Shown: in pieces, positions 1-10,835 of the stretch
How the letters are laid out: each line of letters begins with the position of its first letter
Numbering within the stretch: the first letter of the stretch is position 1
Assembly: GCA_944332455.1 (NCBI GenBank)
Contig: CALVJY010000003.1
Span: 49,988 to 113,987 of the forward strand
Source: an uncultured Clostridia bacterium
Lineage (GTDB): Bacteria > Bacillota > Clostridia > Christensenellales > HGM11417
Reading direction: 5' to 3'
Length of the DNA stretch: 64,000 nucleotides
The notes under the pieces: model-generated
Told to the model about the DNA's origin: nothing
The model's input: only the letters and a program-made list of their open reading frames with translations
Databases searched by the model: none
Position numbers and translations under genes: made by a program

Positions 1-354
1 CTCCGCGGGCTGGGCCTCCGGAGCGGGCGCCGTCTGGGTGGGGGCAAAATTTTCCATACTGTTGACGGCCTGGCGGGTCAGCTCGATCAGGCAGTCGCCC
101 GACTTGATCACAAAGGAGTCCTCACGGATCTCCACGATCTCGCCCATGATGCCGCCGATGGACATGACTTTGTCGCCCGGCTTCATCTTGTCGTTGATCT
201 CCTGGGCCTTTTTCTGGCGCTTTTTGTTGCTCCAGGAGGACCAAACCATCAGGGCCACGAAGAGGGCGACAATGATTATGAGAAACCAAATACTATTGAG
301 TCCTCCCCCATTGCCGCCGGATGTGCTGTCACCGAACAAAAACATTCCGAACAT
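1..354 (-). CDS. yajC: Preprotein translocase subunit YajC (C-terminal end runs off the window)
   Basis: My own minus-strand translation from the ATG at 354: MFGMFLFGDSTSGGNGGGLNSIWFLIIIVALFVALMVWSSWSNKKRQKKAQEINDKMKPGDKVMSIGGIMGEIVEIREDSFVIKSGD... It has one TM helix followed by the KxGDxV..GG..G block typical of YajC, and it lies downstream of tgt. It is absent from the ORF track because no stop lies inside the window. Confidence 0.8.
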   Translation of the reverse strand, partial: MFGMFLFGDSTSGGNGGGLNSIWFLIIIVALFVALMVWSSWSNKKRQKKAQEINDKMKPGDKVMSIGGIMGEIVEIREDSFVIKSGDCLIELTRQAVNSMENFAPTQTAPAPEAQPAE

Positions 355-475
355 GAAAAGCTCCTTTTGTCATGACAAGAGCCGGCCCTTTGGCCCGCTC
401 TGTCTTTATTCTTTGTACTATTATAAAATATTTATGACTGAAAGGCAAGCGTTTATACCGAAAAGGGCGGGATTT

Positions 476-1612
<1,137 letters not shown>

Positions 1613-1633
1613 TTATTTTGCACTGAATAAATA

Positions 1634-1648
1634 ATTATTGAAAATTTT
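1634..1648 (+). repeat. AT-rich 15-mer motif copy, exact ATTATTGAAAATTTT
   Basis: Read directly from the sequence. Lies in the tgt/queA spacer. Confidence 0.9.
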
Positions 1649-1692
1649 GATATGGCATGGATGATTTCGGAAGATCGGTCCGGACAGCAGTT

Positions 1693-2715
1693 TTACACGA
1701 TCAGCATGGCGTCTCCGAAGCTGAAAAAGCGATAGCGCTCCCGCACGGCCAGATCATAAAGTTCCAGAATTTTTTCCCGTCCGGTCAGGGCCGCCACCAG
1801 CATGATCAGGGTGGATTCGGGGAGGTGGAAGTTGGTGATCAGCGCATCTACGCACTTGAAGCGATAGCCCGGATAGATGAAGATCGAGGTCTCGGCCCGG
1901 CAGGGCGAGACCATGCCGCGCTCGTCGGCGGCGCTCTCCAGGGTGCGGACCGAGGTGGTGCCCACGGCCACCACCCGGCGGCCGGCCGCCTTGGCCCGAT
2001 TGATCTGCTCGGCGGCTTCGGGGGAAATTTCGTAATGCTCGGAATGCATCTTGTGATCGGTGATCTCCTCCGCCTTGACCGGGCGGAAGGTCCCCAGGCC
2101 CACATGGAGCAGCACTTCGGCCCGCTCCACCCCCAGAGCCTCGATCTTTTTCAGCAGCTCGGGGGTGAAGTGCAGGCCCGCCGTGGGCGCGGCCGCGCTG
2201 CCGTCCACCTTGGCGTAGACCGTCTGGTAGCGCTCCTTGTCGGTCAGTTTTTCGTGAATGTAGTGCGGCAGCGGCATGGTCCCCACCCGGGAAAGGAGCT
2301 CCTCGAACACCCCTTCATAGCGGAATCGGACCACACGCCCCCCGAAGTCGGTGCTCTGCTCGACCACGGCAGAAAGTTGGTCGGAAAAGACAAACTCCGC
2401 CCCCGTCCTGGCCCGCCGGCCGGGCTTGACCATGACCTCCCAGCGATCCCGGTCCAGCCGCTTGAGGAGGAGAAATTCCATCCTGCCTCCGGTGTCCTTC
2501 CGGACGCCCTCCAGCCGGGCGGGCAGCACCCGGGTGTTGTTGACCACCAGCAGGTCGTCCGGGCGCAGGAAATCCGTCACCTGGGAAAACACGGTGTGCG
2601 TCACCTTGTCGAGCTTCCGGTCATAGACCATCAGCCGGGAACTGTCCCGGGGTTCAGCGGGATGCTGGGCGATGAGCTCTTCGGGCAAATGATAAAAAAA
2701 GTCGCTCGTCTTCAT
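1693..2715 (-). CDS. queA: S-adenosylmethionine:tRNA ribosyltransferase-isomerase
   Basis: 340-aa ORF. The N-terminus [30 protein letters not shown] is the classic QueA start. Adjacent to tgt. Confidence 0.95.
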   Translation of the reverse strand: MKTSDFFYHLPEELIAQHPAEPRDSSRLMVYDRKLDKVTHTVFSQVTDFLRPDDLLVVNNTRVLPARLEGVRKDTGGRMEFLLLKRLDRDRWEVMVKPGRRARTGAEFVFSDQLSAVVEQSTDFGGRVVRFRYEGVFEELLSRVGTMPLPHYIHEKLTDKERYQTVYAKVDGSAAAPTAGLHFTPELLKKIEALGVERAEVLLHVGLGTFRPVKAEEITDHKMHSEHYEISPEAAEQINRAKAAGRRVVAVGTTSVRTLESAADERGMVSPCRAETSIFIYPGYRFKCVDALITNFHLPESTLIMLVAALTGREKILELYDLAVRERYRFFSFGDAMLIV

Positions 2716-2740
2716 CTGTTTTTCCTACGATCAAACCTGT

Positions 2741-2935
2741 CTCTCTTATGAGGATAAAAATTCAAAGTCCTTGCGATGGCACAAAGTTCCTGCCATGTTA
2801 AAACTTTTGAAGTCCTTATGATGATTCAAAGTGATGATCCAAAATTTTCGCAATGATACTCTGATACAAAGTTTCGCGATACAAAGTTTATATGATAAAA
2901 CTTTCAAAAATATTTTTTTGATGCGATAATGCCGG
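2741..2935. repeat. AT-rich spacer packed with CAAAGT / GATACAAAGTTT short repeats
   Basis: GATACAAAGTTT occurs at 2863-2874 and 2878-2889, and GATAAAACTTT at 2894-2904. CAAAGT occurs at 2763, 2782 and 2827. AAGTCCTT(G/A)(C/T)GATG occurs twice. A degenerate copy of the AT 15-mer (AAAATTTTCGCAATGAT) lies at 2841-2857. Confidence 0.8.
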
Positions 2936-2938
2936 ATC

Positions 2939-3973
2939 TCAGGTGTCATCCATGCGGATCTGCTGGGGTGCCGGCCGCGGGGGCTTTTCCCCCAGGTGTT
3001 CATAGGCCGCCGGCATCGCGCACCGCCCCCTGGGGGTCCGGTCGATGAATCCCAGCTGCAGCAGGTAGGGCTCGTAGACGTCCTCGATGGTGTTGCTGTC
3101 CTCGTTGATGGCGGCAGCCAGGGTGTCCAGCCCCACCGGTCCCCCGCGGAACTTTTTGACCAGGGCGGTCAGCAGCTGTTTGTCGATGTTGTCCAGCCCC
3201 AGGTGATCGATCTCCATCAGATCCAGGGCCTTGCGGGTGATCTCCTCCCCGATCTCGTCCTGGCCGGAGACCTCGGAAAAGTCCCGGACCCTTTTGAGCA
3301 GCCGGTTGGCGATGCGGGGGGTCCCGCGGGAACGCTTGGCGATCTCGCAGGCGGCGGCAAAGGAGATGGAGGTGCCCAGCTTTTTGGCCGAGCGGGAGAC
3401 GATGGTGGCCAGCTCCTCGGTGGTGTACATCTCCAGCCGGCAGATCACCCCGAAGCGATCCCGCAGGGGCGAGGTCAGCATCCCCGCCCGGGTAGTCGCC
3501 CCGATCAGGGTAAAGCGCGGCAGGTTGAGCCGCACCGATTTGGCCGACGGCCCCTTGCCGATGATGAAATCCAGCGCGAAATCCTCCATCGCGGGATAGA
3601 GGATCTCCTCCACGCTGCGGTTCAGGCGGTGGATCTCGTCGATGAACAGCACGTCCCCGTCCGCCAGATTGGTCAGGATGGCGGCCAGATCCCCCGCCCG
3701 CTCGATGGAGGGACCCGAGGTGATCTTGATCTGCCCGCCCATCTCGTTGGCGATGATGTGGGCCAGCGTCGTCTTGCCCAGACCCGGCGGGCCGTAGAGC
3801 AGACAGTGGTCCAGCGCCTCCCCCCTCTTTTTGGCGGCCGCCATAAAGACGGAGAGATTTTCCTTGACCTTGGTCTGTCCGACGTAGTCGTTCATGGTGG
3901 TCGGCCGAAGCTTGTTTTCGACCTCGGCCTCGGCCTCGCTGACCGTGCTTGTAAAAATTCTTTCTTCTTCCAT
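2939..3973 (-). CDS. ruvB: Holliday junction branch-migration helicase RuvB
   Basis: 344-aa ORF with Walker [15 protein letters not shown], the FIDEIHRL box, and the overall RuvB pattern. Confidence 0.97.
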   Translation of the reverse strand: MEEERIFTSTVSEAEAEVENKLRPTTMNDYVGQTKVKENLSVFMAAAKKRGEALDHCLLYGPPGLGKTTLAHIIANEMGGQIKITSGPSIERAGDLAAILTNLADGDVLFIDEIHRLNRSVEEILYPAMEDFALDFIIGKGPSAKSVRLNLPRFTLIGATTRAGMLTSPLRDRFGVICRLEMYTTEELATIVSRSAKKLGTSISFAAACEIAKRSRGTPRIANRLLKRVRDFSEVSGQDEIGEEITRKALDLMEIDHLGLDNIDKQLLTALVKKFRGGPVGLDTLAAAINEDSNTIEDVYEPYLLQLGFIDRTPRGRCAMPAAYEHLGEKPPRPAPQQIRMDDT

Positions 3974-4046
3974 ATCTCTTTCTGCGATCCGTGACTTTAA
4001 ACTTAAAATTTACGGGGAGCTTGAAATTTTGCGCTCTCTTCCCTCG

Positions 4047-4081
4047 ATCCACGCGACGGACCCAATAATCCACGCGACGGA
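4047..4081. repeat. Direct repeat ATCCACGCGACGGA x2 with 21-bp period
   Basis: Identical 14-mers at 4047-4060 and 4068-4081, 75-108 nt upstream of the ruvB ATG on the minus strand. Confidence 0.85.
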
Positions 4082-4112
4082 TCAAATTCCTGTTATTTTA
4101 CACTGAAAAATG

Positions 4113-4127
4113 ATTATTGAAAAATTA
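4113..4127 (+). repeat. AT-rich 15-mer motif copy (ATTATTGAAAAATTA)
   Basis: Read directly. Flanked by CACTGAAAAAT at 4101-4111 and 4132-4142. Confidence 0.8.
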
Positions 4128-4224
4128 GAGACACTGAAAAATTCCTTCTGGAGATGGCTCTCCGAAATCGCGGGCCACCTTTGCTCCCTTTTTTTCTGGC
4201 GGCCCTCCTGCTTTTTGCGGGCTT

Positions 4225-4812
4225 TTAAGAGAGAGATCTGAGGGCCATCGAGATGACGTCTTCCAACTTGGAGGCGCCCAGGGCCGAGGCTTTGGCCACG
4301 CTGGACTGCGCCTCCGCTCTGGAAAATCCCAGAGAGATCAGGGCCGAAACGGCCTCCTCGGATTCCGAAAGAGGGGCGGCTCCGGTCGGGATGCCGGACT
4401 GCTCCGCCTCCTCCTGCACCTTTTCCTTGAGTTCCAGAATGATGCGTTCGGCGGTCTTTTTGCCCACGCCCTTGATCCGGGTCAGGCGGGCGGCGTCCCG
4501 GGTGGCGATAGAGAGCGCCAGATCTTTGAGCGAGATGCCGGAGAGGATGGCCAGCGCGGCCTTGGGCCCCACGCCGGAGACCGCGATCAGCTTGCGGAAC
4601 ATCTCCTTTTCCTCCTTCCGGGCAAAGCCGTAGAGGGCAACGTCGTCCTCGGCGACCTTGTAGAAGGTGTACAGCTTGACCTCTCCCTTGGCCGAGGAGA
4701 GTTCGGCCGCCGTCTGGTTGGAGACGAACACTTCATATCCGATCCCCCCGCATTCGATGATCAGACTCCCCTCCGAGACTTCCTCGATCTTCCCTTTGAT
4801 GTAGGCGTACAT
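4225..4812 (-). CDS. ruvA: Holliday junction DNA helicase subunit RuvA
   Basis: 195-aa ORF beginning MYAYIKGKIEEVSEGSLIIECGGIGYEVFVS, with the helix-hairpin-helix block LIAVSGVGPKAALAILS. Confidence 0.95.
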   Translation of the reverse strand: MYAYIKGKIEEVSEGSLIIECGGIGYEVFVSNQTAAELSSAKGEVKLYTFYKVAEDDVALYGFARKEEKEMFRKLIAVSGVGPKAALAILSGISLKDLALSIATRDAARLTRIKGVGKKTAERIILELKEKVQEEAEQSGIPTGAAPLSESEEAVSALISLGFSRAEAQSSVAKASALGASKLEDVISMALRSLS

Positions 4813-4948
4813 AGGCGCTCCCTTCCGCGTTCCCGCGAGTCGTTTTGCTCTTTCCCTCCCCTTTGCCCAAACCTTTAAAGAGAGGCTTTAACGGGAAGGG
4901 TCATACAGTGCTTATGATCAAAAAGTGCTTAAAAAGAGTAAATAAAAG

Positions 4949-4963
4949 ATTATTGAAAAATTT
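4949..4963 (+). repeat. AT-rich 15-mer motif copy (ATTATTGAAAAATTT)
   Basis: Read directly. Abuts the ruvC stop codon at 4963-4965. Confidence 0.8.
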
Positions 4964-5454
4964 CAGATCCTGAAAAGCCGGGCCAGCGCATTGGTCTGAC
5001 TGTGGCAGAGGGCCACGGCCAGGGCGTCGGCGGCATCATCCGGACGGGGCACGGCCGGCAGGTTCAGGAAGGTCTTGACCATCTGCTGGATCTGACGCTT
5101 GTCCGCCCCGCCGTAGCCGGTCAGGGCCTGCTTGATCTGCATGGGGGTGTACTCGAACAGCTCGGGGCAGTGCCGCTGGGCCTCCACCAGAATGACCCCG
5201 CGGGCATGGGCCACCTGGATGCCGGTGGTCACGTTCTTGGCGAAGAAGAGCTCCTCCACCGCCACGGCGTCGGGATGAAACTGGATCATCAGCGCCTCGA
5301 TGCCCTTGCCCACCCGGACCAGACGCTTGGCCAGGTTTTCCTCCTTGGGCGTGGTGATCACGCCGTAGTCCACCGCCGTGTTTTTGTCCCCCTCCTTGCG
5401 GATCACGCCGTAGCCGACGGTCCCGTAGCCGGGGTCGATGCCCAAAATAATCAA
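4963..5454 (-). CDS. ruvC: Crossover junction endodeoxyribonuclease RuvC
   Basis: 163-aa ORF beginning (M)IILGIDPGYGTVGYGVI. It uses a TTG start preceded by GAGGTG, and carries the RNase H-like RuvC motifs. Confidence 0.92.
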   Translation of the reverse strand: MIILGIDPGYGTVGYGVIRKEGDKNTAVDYGVITTPKEENLAKRLVRVGKGIEALMIQFHPDAVAVEELFFAKNVTTGIQVAHARGVILVEAQRHCPELFEYTPMQIKQALTGYGGADKRQIQQMVKTFLNLPAVPRPDDAADALAVALCHSQTNALARLFRI

Positions 5455-5473
5455 GATGACACCTCGGTTTTTG

Positions 5474-5503
5474 TTGCAAAAAAGTCGGATTGTATATTAT
5501 AAT
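5474..5503 (+). promoter_or_regulatory. Sigma-A type promoter of argG (TTGCAA-18-TATAAT) overlapping an AT palindrome
   Basis: TTGCAA at 5474-5479 and TATAAT at 5498-5503. The -10 sits inside the near-perfect palindrome GTATATTATAATATTC. Confidence 0.55.
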
Positions 5504-5681
5504 ATTCAGAAGGGCGGCCTGCCCGAGGGCGACCGCGGCCCGTTACCTTTCATTATATAATTTATCCCGGCGTAAGTCAAGCCAATTCGCCCGAAGGGGC
5601 GGCCCCGGCGGCTTTCTTTTGTCGCCAGCCCCCTTTTCGGACCGGCGCCGGGTTCGGAGATCACAACAAGGAGAGAACACT

Positions 5682-6899
5682 ATGAGCAAAATGAAAGTGG
5701 TCCTGGCCTATTCCGGCGGACTGGACACCTCCATCATCATCCCCTGGCTGAAGGAGAACTACGACTGCGAAGTCATCGCCGTGGCCGGGGACGTGGGACA
5801 GGGCGAGGAGCTGGCCCCCTTAAAGGAAAAGGCCATCCGCACCGGCGCCTCCAAGATCTACATCGAGGATCTGCGGGAGGAGTTTGTCACCGACTTCATC
5901 TTCCCCACCGTCAAGGCCGGGGCGGTGTACGAAAACAAGTACCTGCTGGGCACCAGCTTTGCCCGTCCGGTCATCGCCAAGCGGCTGGTGGAGATCGCCG
6001 AGCGCGAGGGCGCCACGGCCATCTGCCACGGCGCCACCGGCAAAGGCAACGACCAGGTCCGCTTTGAGCTGACCATCAAGGCCCTGGCCCCCCAGATGAA
6101 GATCATCGCCCCCTGGCGGATCTGGGACATCAAGTCCCGCGAGGAGGAGATCGACTATGCCCAGGCCCGCGGCATCGAGGTGCCCGTCACCAAAAAGCGC
6201 CCCTACTCCATGGACCGGAACCTGTGGCATCTCAGCCACGAGGGGCACGACCTCGAGGACCCCAAAAACGAGCCCAAGGACGATCTACTTCTGATCTGCA
6301 ACACCCCCGAAAAGGCGCCGGACAAGCCCGAGTACGTGGAGATCGAATTTGAGCAGGGCATTCCCGTCCGCATCGACGGCAAGACCTATGATCCCGTCGC
6401 CCTCATCGAAAAGCTGAACGAGCTGGGCGCCAAGCACGCCATCGGCATCGCGGACATGGTGGAAAACCGTCTGGTGGGCATGAAGTCCCGCGGCGTGTAC
6501 GAGACCCCCGGCGGGACCATTTTGATGAACGCCCATCGGGAGCTGGAATCGCTGACCCTGGACCGCGCCACGGCCCACTACAAGGATCAGATGGCCATCA
6601 AGTTTGCCGAACTGGTCTATGACGGGCTTTGGTACACGCCCCTGCGCGAGGCCATGAGCGCCTTCGTGGACTCCACCCAGAAGACCGTGACCGGAAAGGT
6701 CCGCCTGAAGCTGTACAAGGGCAACTGCATCCCCGCCGGCATGGAGAGCCCCTACTCGCTGTACGACATGGAGATCGCCACCTTCGACAAGGACGAGGTG
6801 TACAACCAGAAAGACGCCGAGGGCTTTATCAACCTGTTCGGCCTCCCCCTCAAGGTCCGGGCCATGAAGCTGGGCAAGGACAAAGTGCTGGGGAAATAA
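5682..6899 (+). CDS. argG: Argininosuccinate synthase
   Basis: Start trimmed to ATG 5682 (RBS AAGGAGAG). [17 protein letters not shown] is the ATP-PPase motif. About 405 aa. Confidence 0.95.
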   Translation: MSKMKVVLAYSGGLDTSIIIPWLKENYDCEVIAVAGDVGQGEELAPLKEKAIRTGASKIYIEDLREEFVTDFIFPTVKAGAVYENKYLLGTSFARPVIAKRLVEIAEREGATAICHGATGKGNDQVRFELTIKALAPQMKIIAPWRIWDIKSREEEIDYAQARGIEVPVTKKRPYSMDRNLWHLSHEGHDLEDPKNEPKDDLLLICNTPEKAPDKPEYVEIEFEQGIPVRIDGKTYDPVALIEKLNELGAKHAIGIADMVENRLVGMKSRGVYETPGGTILMNAHRELESLTLDRATAHYKDQMAIKFAELVYDGLWYTPLREAMSAFVDSTQKTVTGKVRLKLYKGNCIPAGMESPYSLYDMEIATFDKDEVYNQKDAEGFINLFGLPLKVRAMKLGKDKVLGK

Positions 6900-7026
6900 G
6901 ATCCCTTTTTAGACCGGAAACGGGCGGAAAAGCGCCGGAAAGTAAGAACTTAAAATTTTCAAAAATCATTTTTTTTCACAAAAGCCGGACGTTTTCCGGC
7001 TTTTTGACAAAACGAGGAGAAAGCTC

Positions 7027-8400
7027 ATGAAGATGTGGAGCGGCCGCTTTGAAAGCGACACCGACCAGCTTGCCGACCAGTTCAACGCCTCTCTGCCCTT
7101 CGATCACCGCCTCTTTCGGGAGGACATCGAGGGCAGCGTGGCGCACTGCACCATGCTGGCCGAATGCGGAATTTTGACCGAAGAAGAGAAGGATCGCATC
7201 GTCCGGGAACTGAACGTCATCCGCGGGGAGATCGAGTCCGGCGCCTTTGAGATGTCCGGCTCCGAAGACGTCCACATGTGGGTGGAGGGCGAGCTCATCC
7301 GGCGGCTGGGCGAGGTCGGCAAAAAGCTGCACACCGCCCGCTCCCGGAACGACCAGGTGGCCACGGATTTTCGCCTCTATCTGAAGAAGAGCATCGGCCG
7401 GATCCGGGAACTGCTGAAAGGGCTGATCGGGACCCTGCTGGACCTGGCCGAGGCCCACACCGAGACCGTCATGCCGGGCTACACCCACCTGCAGAAGGCC
7501 CAGCCGGTCACCCTGGCTCACCATCTGGAGGCCTATGCCGAGATGTTTTTCCGGGACGTCCTGCGTTTTTCGGACTGTCTGAAGCGGACGGACGTCCTGC
7601 CCCTGGGGTCCTGCGCCCTGGCCGGGACCACCTATCCCATCCGCCGTGAGCGCACGGCCGAGCTTCTGGGCTTCTCGTCGGTCTGCCGCAACAGCATGGA
7701 CGGGGTCTCGGACCGGGACTTCGCGCTGGAATTTCTGTTCTGCTGCGCGACGGCGGCCATGCACCTGTCCAGGCTCTCGGAGGAGATCGTGCTGTGGAGC
7801 ACGGACGAATTCCGCTTCATCACCATCGCGGACAGCTATTCCACCGGCTCCTCCATCATGCCGCAGAAAAAAAACCCGGACATGGCCGAACTCATCCGGG
7901 GCAAGTGCGGGCGGGTCTACGGCAACCTGACCGCCCTGCTGACCGTCATGAAGGGGCTTCCCCTGGCCTACAACAAGGATATGCAGGAGGACAAGGAGCC
8001 CGTCTTTGACAGCGAGGACACCCTGACGATCTGCCTTCGGGTGATGGATCAGCTGCTCCGGCACATCACCTTCCACGGGGACCGCATGCGGGCGGGAGCT
8101 TTGGGCGGCTTTACCAACGCGACGGACGTGGCCGACTATCTGGTCCGGCACGGCCTCCCCTTCCGAACCGCCCACGAGATCACCGGAAAGCTGGTACTCC
8201 GGGCCGAAAAAGAGGGAAAACGGCTGGAAGAGCTTCCCCTTTCGGTCTTCCGCGAGTACTCGGAGGCCTTCGGGGAGGATATCCTCGGCTGCCTGGATCT
8301 GGACGCCGTGGTCAACGGCCGGAAAGTGACGGGCGGCCCCGCCAAAGAGGCAGTCACGCAGAGCATCCGGGCCCTTCGGGAGGCCCTGAAGGAGGCATAG
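7027..8400 (+). CDS. argH: Argininosuccinate lyase
   Basis: 457-aa ORF beginning MWSGRFESDTD, with the SSIMPQKKNPD fumarate-lyase signature. Confidence 0.95.
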   Translation: MKMWSGRFESDTDQLADQFNASLPFDHRLFREDIEGSVAHCTMLAECGILTEEEKDRIVRELNVIRGEIESGAFEMSGSEDVHMWVEGELIRRLGEVGKKLHTARSRNDQVATDFRLYLKKSIGRIRELLKGLIGTLLDLAEAHTETVMPGYTHLQKAQPVTLAHHLEAYAEMFFRDVLRFSDCLKRTDVLPLGSCALAGTTYPIRRERTAELLGFSSVCRNSMDGVSDRDFALEFLFCCATAAMHLSRLSEEIVLWSTDEFRFITIADSYSTGSSIMPQKKNPDMAELIRGKCGRVYGNLTALLTVMKGLPLAYNKDMQEDKEPVFDSEDTLTICLRVMDQLLRHITFHGDRMRAGALGGFTNATDVADYLVRHGLPFRTAHEITGKLVLRAEKEGKRLEELPLSVFREYSEAFGEDILGCLDLDAVVNGRKVTGGPAKEAVTQSIRALREALKEA

Positions 8401-8436
8401 TACTCTGCAAAGCCCTTAAAATGCAGAGTACTATGC
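8395..8436 (+). repeat. Palindromic dispersed repeat, copy a
   Basis: GCATAGTACTCTGCA-aagcccttaaaa-TGCAGAGTACTATGC, a perfect 15-bp inverted repeat. The argH stop TAG (8398-8400) lies inside the left arm. Confidence 0.9.
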
Positions 8437-8752
8437 CATCAAAATTGATCAAAAAGTCCATAAAAGAAGCCGGAAGCGGCGAGTTTTGGCCCCTTGCGAG
8501 CCGGCTGTAAAACAGCAGGACCCTTTCCTCCTCGGCTCAGAAGAGACAGGACAGAATGGTCAGGAACGGCCTTTCCTCGTTCAATTGCCGACCTTTTTCA
8601 GCCGGGAAGAAGCAGGACAGGCCTTGAGATCGCAAAAACAGGCAAAACCTACACACCGTCACCCGGATCCTCTTGCCCCTACTCTTCCCTGAACCACACA
8701 GCTGCCCTGCCCCTACCCTCCTGACAGCCAGACAAGTAAACAAAATCAGACC

Positions 8753-8778
8753 AGACAGCCCGAGCGGCTGTCTTTTTT
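8753..8778 (+). terminator. Intrinsic terminator about 350 nt downstream of argH
   Basis: AGACAGCC-cgagc-GGCTGTCT followed by TTTTTT. Confidence 0.65.
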
Positions 8779-8951
8779 CATGTCCTCGCGGCCGTTTTAC
8801 ATGGGGAAAATAAGGTCTTTCAGCATCGAACGCCTCCCTCAAGGGCTTTGCATAAATCTCCATTCAGGTTTTTTCTGAAAAAATATGCTTTTCAACCTTT
8901 TAAATCGCTCAAGCCTTCTTTGATTCGACAACAGAGGCAACCTTCTTTTTC

Positions 8952-8978
8952 ACCCTTTCCCCCTCCGGCACATATATT
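8952..8978 (+). promoter_or_regulatory. Candidate mother-cell (sigma-K/E type) promoter of the collagen-like gene
   Basis: AC at 8952-8953, a 17-nt spacer, then CATATATT at 8971-8978. This fits AC-17-CATAnnnT. RBS AAAGGAGG and the ATG at 9020 follow. Confidence 0.35.
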
Positions 8979-9019
8979 GAAAAAGAGGCGGCACCTACAT
9001 ATCACAAAGGAGGTCTGTT

Positions 9020-10567
9020 ATGTACAACTGTTTCTGCCGTCTGTGCGGATGCAATCCCTGTCGCTGCCAGCGTTCTGTGCAATGCGGTCCCACCGGTCCT
9101 ACCGGTCCCACCGGACCGCGGGGCATTCCCGGCCCCACCGGGCCCACCGGACCGGCCTCGGAGACCATCACGATCGCCCAGACCATTACGGGCGCCCCCG
9201 GTACCGCAGCCAGTGTCACGGACACCGGCGGCCCCAATCATATTCTGACTTTTACCATTCCCCAAGGCCTCACCGGGCCTGCCGGCCCTGCCGGACCCGC
9301 GGGGGCTACCGGCGCAACCGGAGCAACCGGAGCAACCGGAGCTACGGGTGCCGCGGGAGCAACAGGTCCGACCGGACCTACCGGACCCGCGGGAGCAACC
9401 GGCGCGACGGGCGCAACAGGAGCTACCGGCCCGACCGGCCCCACCGGTCCCACAGGCCCCGCAGGAGCAACGGGAGCAACCGGAGCTACGGGTGCAACAG
9501 GCGCCACGGGTGCTACCGGGGCTACAGGCCCCACCGGACCCACCGGTCCCGCGGGAGCAACCGGCGCTACGGGCGCAACAGGCGCTGCCGGAGCAACCGG
9601 TCCGACCGGGCCCACCGGGCCTGCGGGTGCAACCGGCGCTACGGGCGCAACAGGCGCCACGGGTGCTACCGGGGCTACAGGTCCTACCGGGCCCACCGGG
9701 CCCGCGGGAGCAACGGGGGCCACAGGTGCTGCAGGAGCCGCAGGGCCTATCGGTCCAACCGGTCCTACAGGTCCCACAGGTCCTGCGGGTACAACCGGGG
9801 CTACGGGCGCCGCCGGGGCTACAGGTCCTACCGGGCCCACCGGACCCGCGGGAGCAACCGGAGCTACGGGCGCAACGGGCGCTGCGGGAGCAACAGGTCC
9901 TACCGGGCCCACCGGGCCCGCGGGAGCAACCGGAGCTACGGGCGCAACGGGCGCTGCCGGAGCAACCGGTCCGACCGGACCCACCGGACCCGCGGGAGCA
10001 ACCGGAGCTACGGGCGCAACGGGCGCCGCCGGGGCTACAGGTCCGACCGGACCCACCGGACCCGCGGGCGCTACCGGTGCCACGGGCGCAACGGGCGCTG
10101 CCGGAGCTACCGGACCTACCGGCCCAACCGGGCCGACCGGACCCACCGGACCCAGCGCTGTTACCAACGCCCTGGCTGCCATCAACGCGAGCGCCCAGAC
10201 ACCGGCCTCCGCCGACACCGAACTGACCTTTACCACGAACAATTACACCTCCGGAACCGGCATCACCCGCTCCGATCCCAACACCATCACGCTGGCTCAG
10301 CCCGGGCTTTATCTCATCTCCTACCGTACCACCGCCAGCGCCGCTTCCGGCACCCCGCTGAACGCTTCGGTCCGGTTGGAAGCCAACGCCACCCCCATCG
10401 CCAATTCGGAGAGCACCGTCAATCTGGCCACCGCCTCCACAAACTACACCTTGGAAAAGACGTTGACGACCACCGTTCAAAACGCAGACACCGAACTTTC
10501 GCTGATCGCCGAGACCCCCAACGTCTCCTATACCGACACCGAAATAACCGTCGTCAAACTGACCTGA
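9020..10567 (+). CDS. Collagen triple-helix repeat protein, BclA-like (putative spore-surface glycoprotein)
   Basis: 515 aa. Domain order: a 22-aa N-terminus with 7 Cys ([22 protein letters not shown]); 7 GXY triplets; a 37-aa insert ([37 protein letters not shown]); about 98 uninterrupted GXY triplets ([12 protein letters not shown]); and a 137-aa Thr/Ser/Asn-rich C-terminal domain. Confidence 0.85.
   Translation: MYNCFCRLCGCNPCRCQRSVQCGPTGPTGPTGPRGIPGPTGPTGPASETITIAQTITGAPGTAASVTDTGGPNHILTFTIPQGLTGPAGPAGPAGATGATGATGATGATGAAGATGPTGPTGPAGATGATGATGATGPTGPTGPTGPAGATGATGATGATGATGATGATGPTGPTGPAGATGATGATGAAGATGPTGPTGPAGATGATGATGATGATGATGPTGPTGPAGATGATGAAGAAGPIGPTGPTGPTGPAGTTGATGAAGATGPTGPTGPAGATGATGATGAAGATGPTGPTGPAGATGATGATGAAGATGPTGPTGPAGATGATGATGAAGATGPTGPTGPAGATGATGATGAAGATGPTGPTGPTGPTGPSAVTNALAAINASAQTPASADTELTFTTNNYTSGTGITRSDPNTITLAQPGLYLISYRTTASAASGTPLNASVRLEANATPIANSESTVNLATASTNYTLEKTLTTTVQNADTELSLIAETPNVSYTDTEITVVKLT
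9266..10153 (+). repeat. 9-bp GXY codon repeat array with a 72-bp higher-order unit
   Basis: The 24-aa unit [24 protein letters not shown] is repeated at least four times consecutively near the 3' end (about 9846-10133). The copies are nearly identical at DNA level. Confidence 0.9.
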
Positions 10568-10835
10568 CGAAAAGACCTGTGCCGCGGGCTTTTGCCCGCG
10601 GCGCAGTCAAAACAGCAGTATAAATTTTATTATAAATTATTTTTGAATAATTTAATATAGAGTGAAAAATTCAAAATTGATCTTTGCACTGCCTAAGCTT
10701 CCGTATCATGAAAAACTTTTACCGCAGAGAACGGATTCTTTCTTTCTGCCATAGCTGATTTGAACCTTGCTAAGAACCTTTACCAGATGAAAGACTTTCA
10801 TCGCATGTACCCGGTCAATTTGACCTGTTTTGGAA

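Noticed and set aside
1634-1648. The AT 15-mer as a CodY box or as a -10/-35 promoter element.
   Set aside because: Only the GAAAATT half matches the CodY consensus (about 11 of 15). Motif orientation relative to flanking genes is inconsistent, and some copies have no downstream gene. Its function is left open.
5491-5508. A canonical ARG box at the argG promoter.
   Set aside because: The palindrome arms (TGTAT/ATTCA) are separated by 8 W rather than 4, so it does not fit TNTGAATWWWWATTCANW. It is kept only as a generic palindromic operator candidate.
8848-10623. Alternative-frame and antisense ORFs over the collagen repeat (8848-10623 +, 9002-10480 -, 9238-10242 -, 9348-10226 +).
   Set aside because: These are frame shadows of the 9-bp GXY repeat and give Arg/Ser/His- or Pro/Val-only polymers. 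Only the 9020 frame has an RBS, a proper N-terminus and a non-repetitive C-terminal domain.
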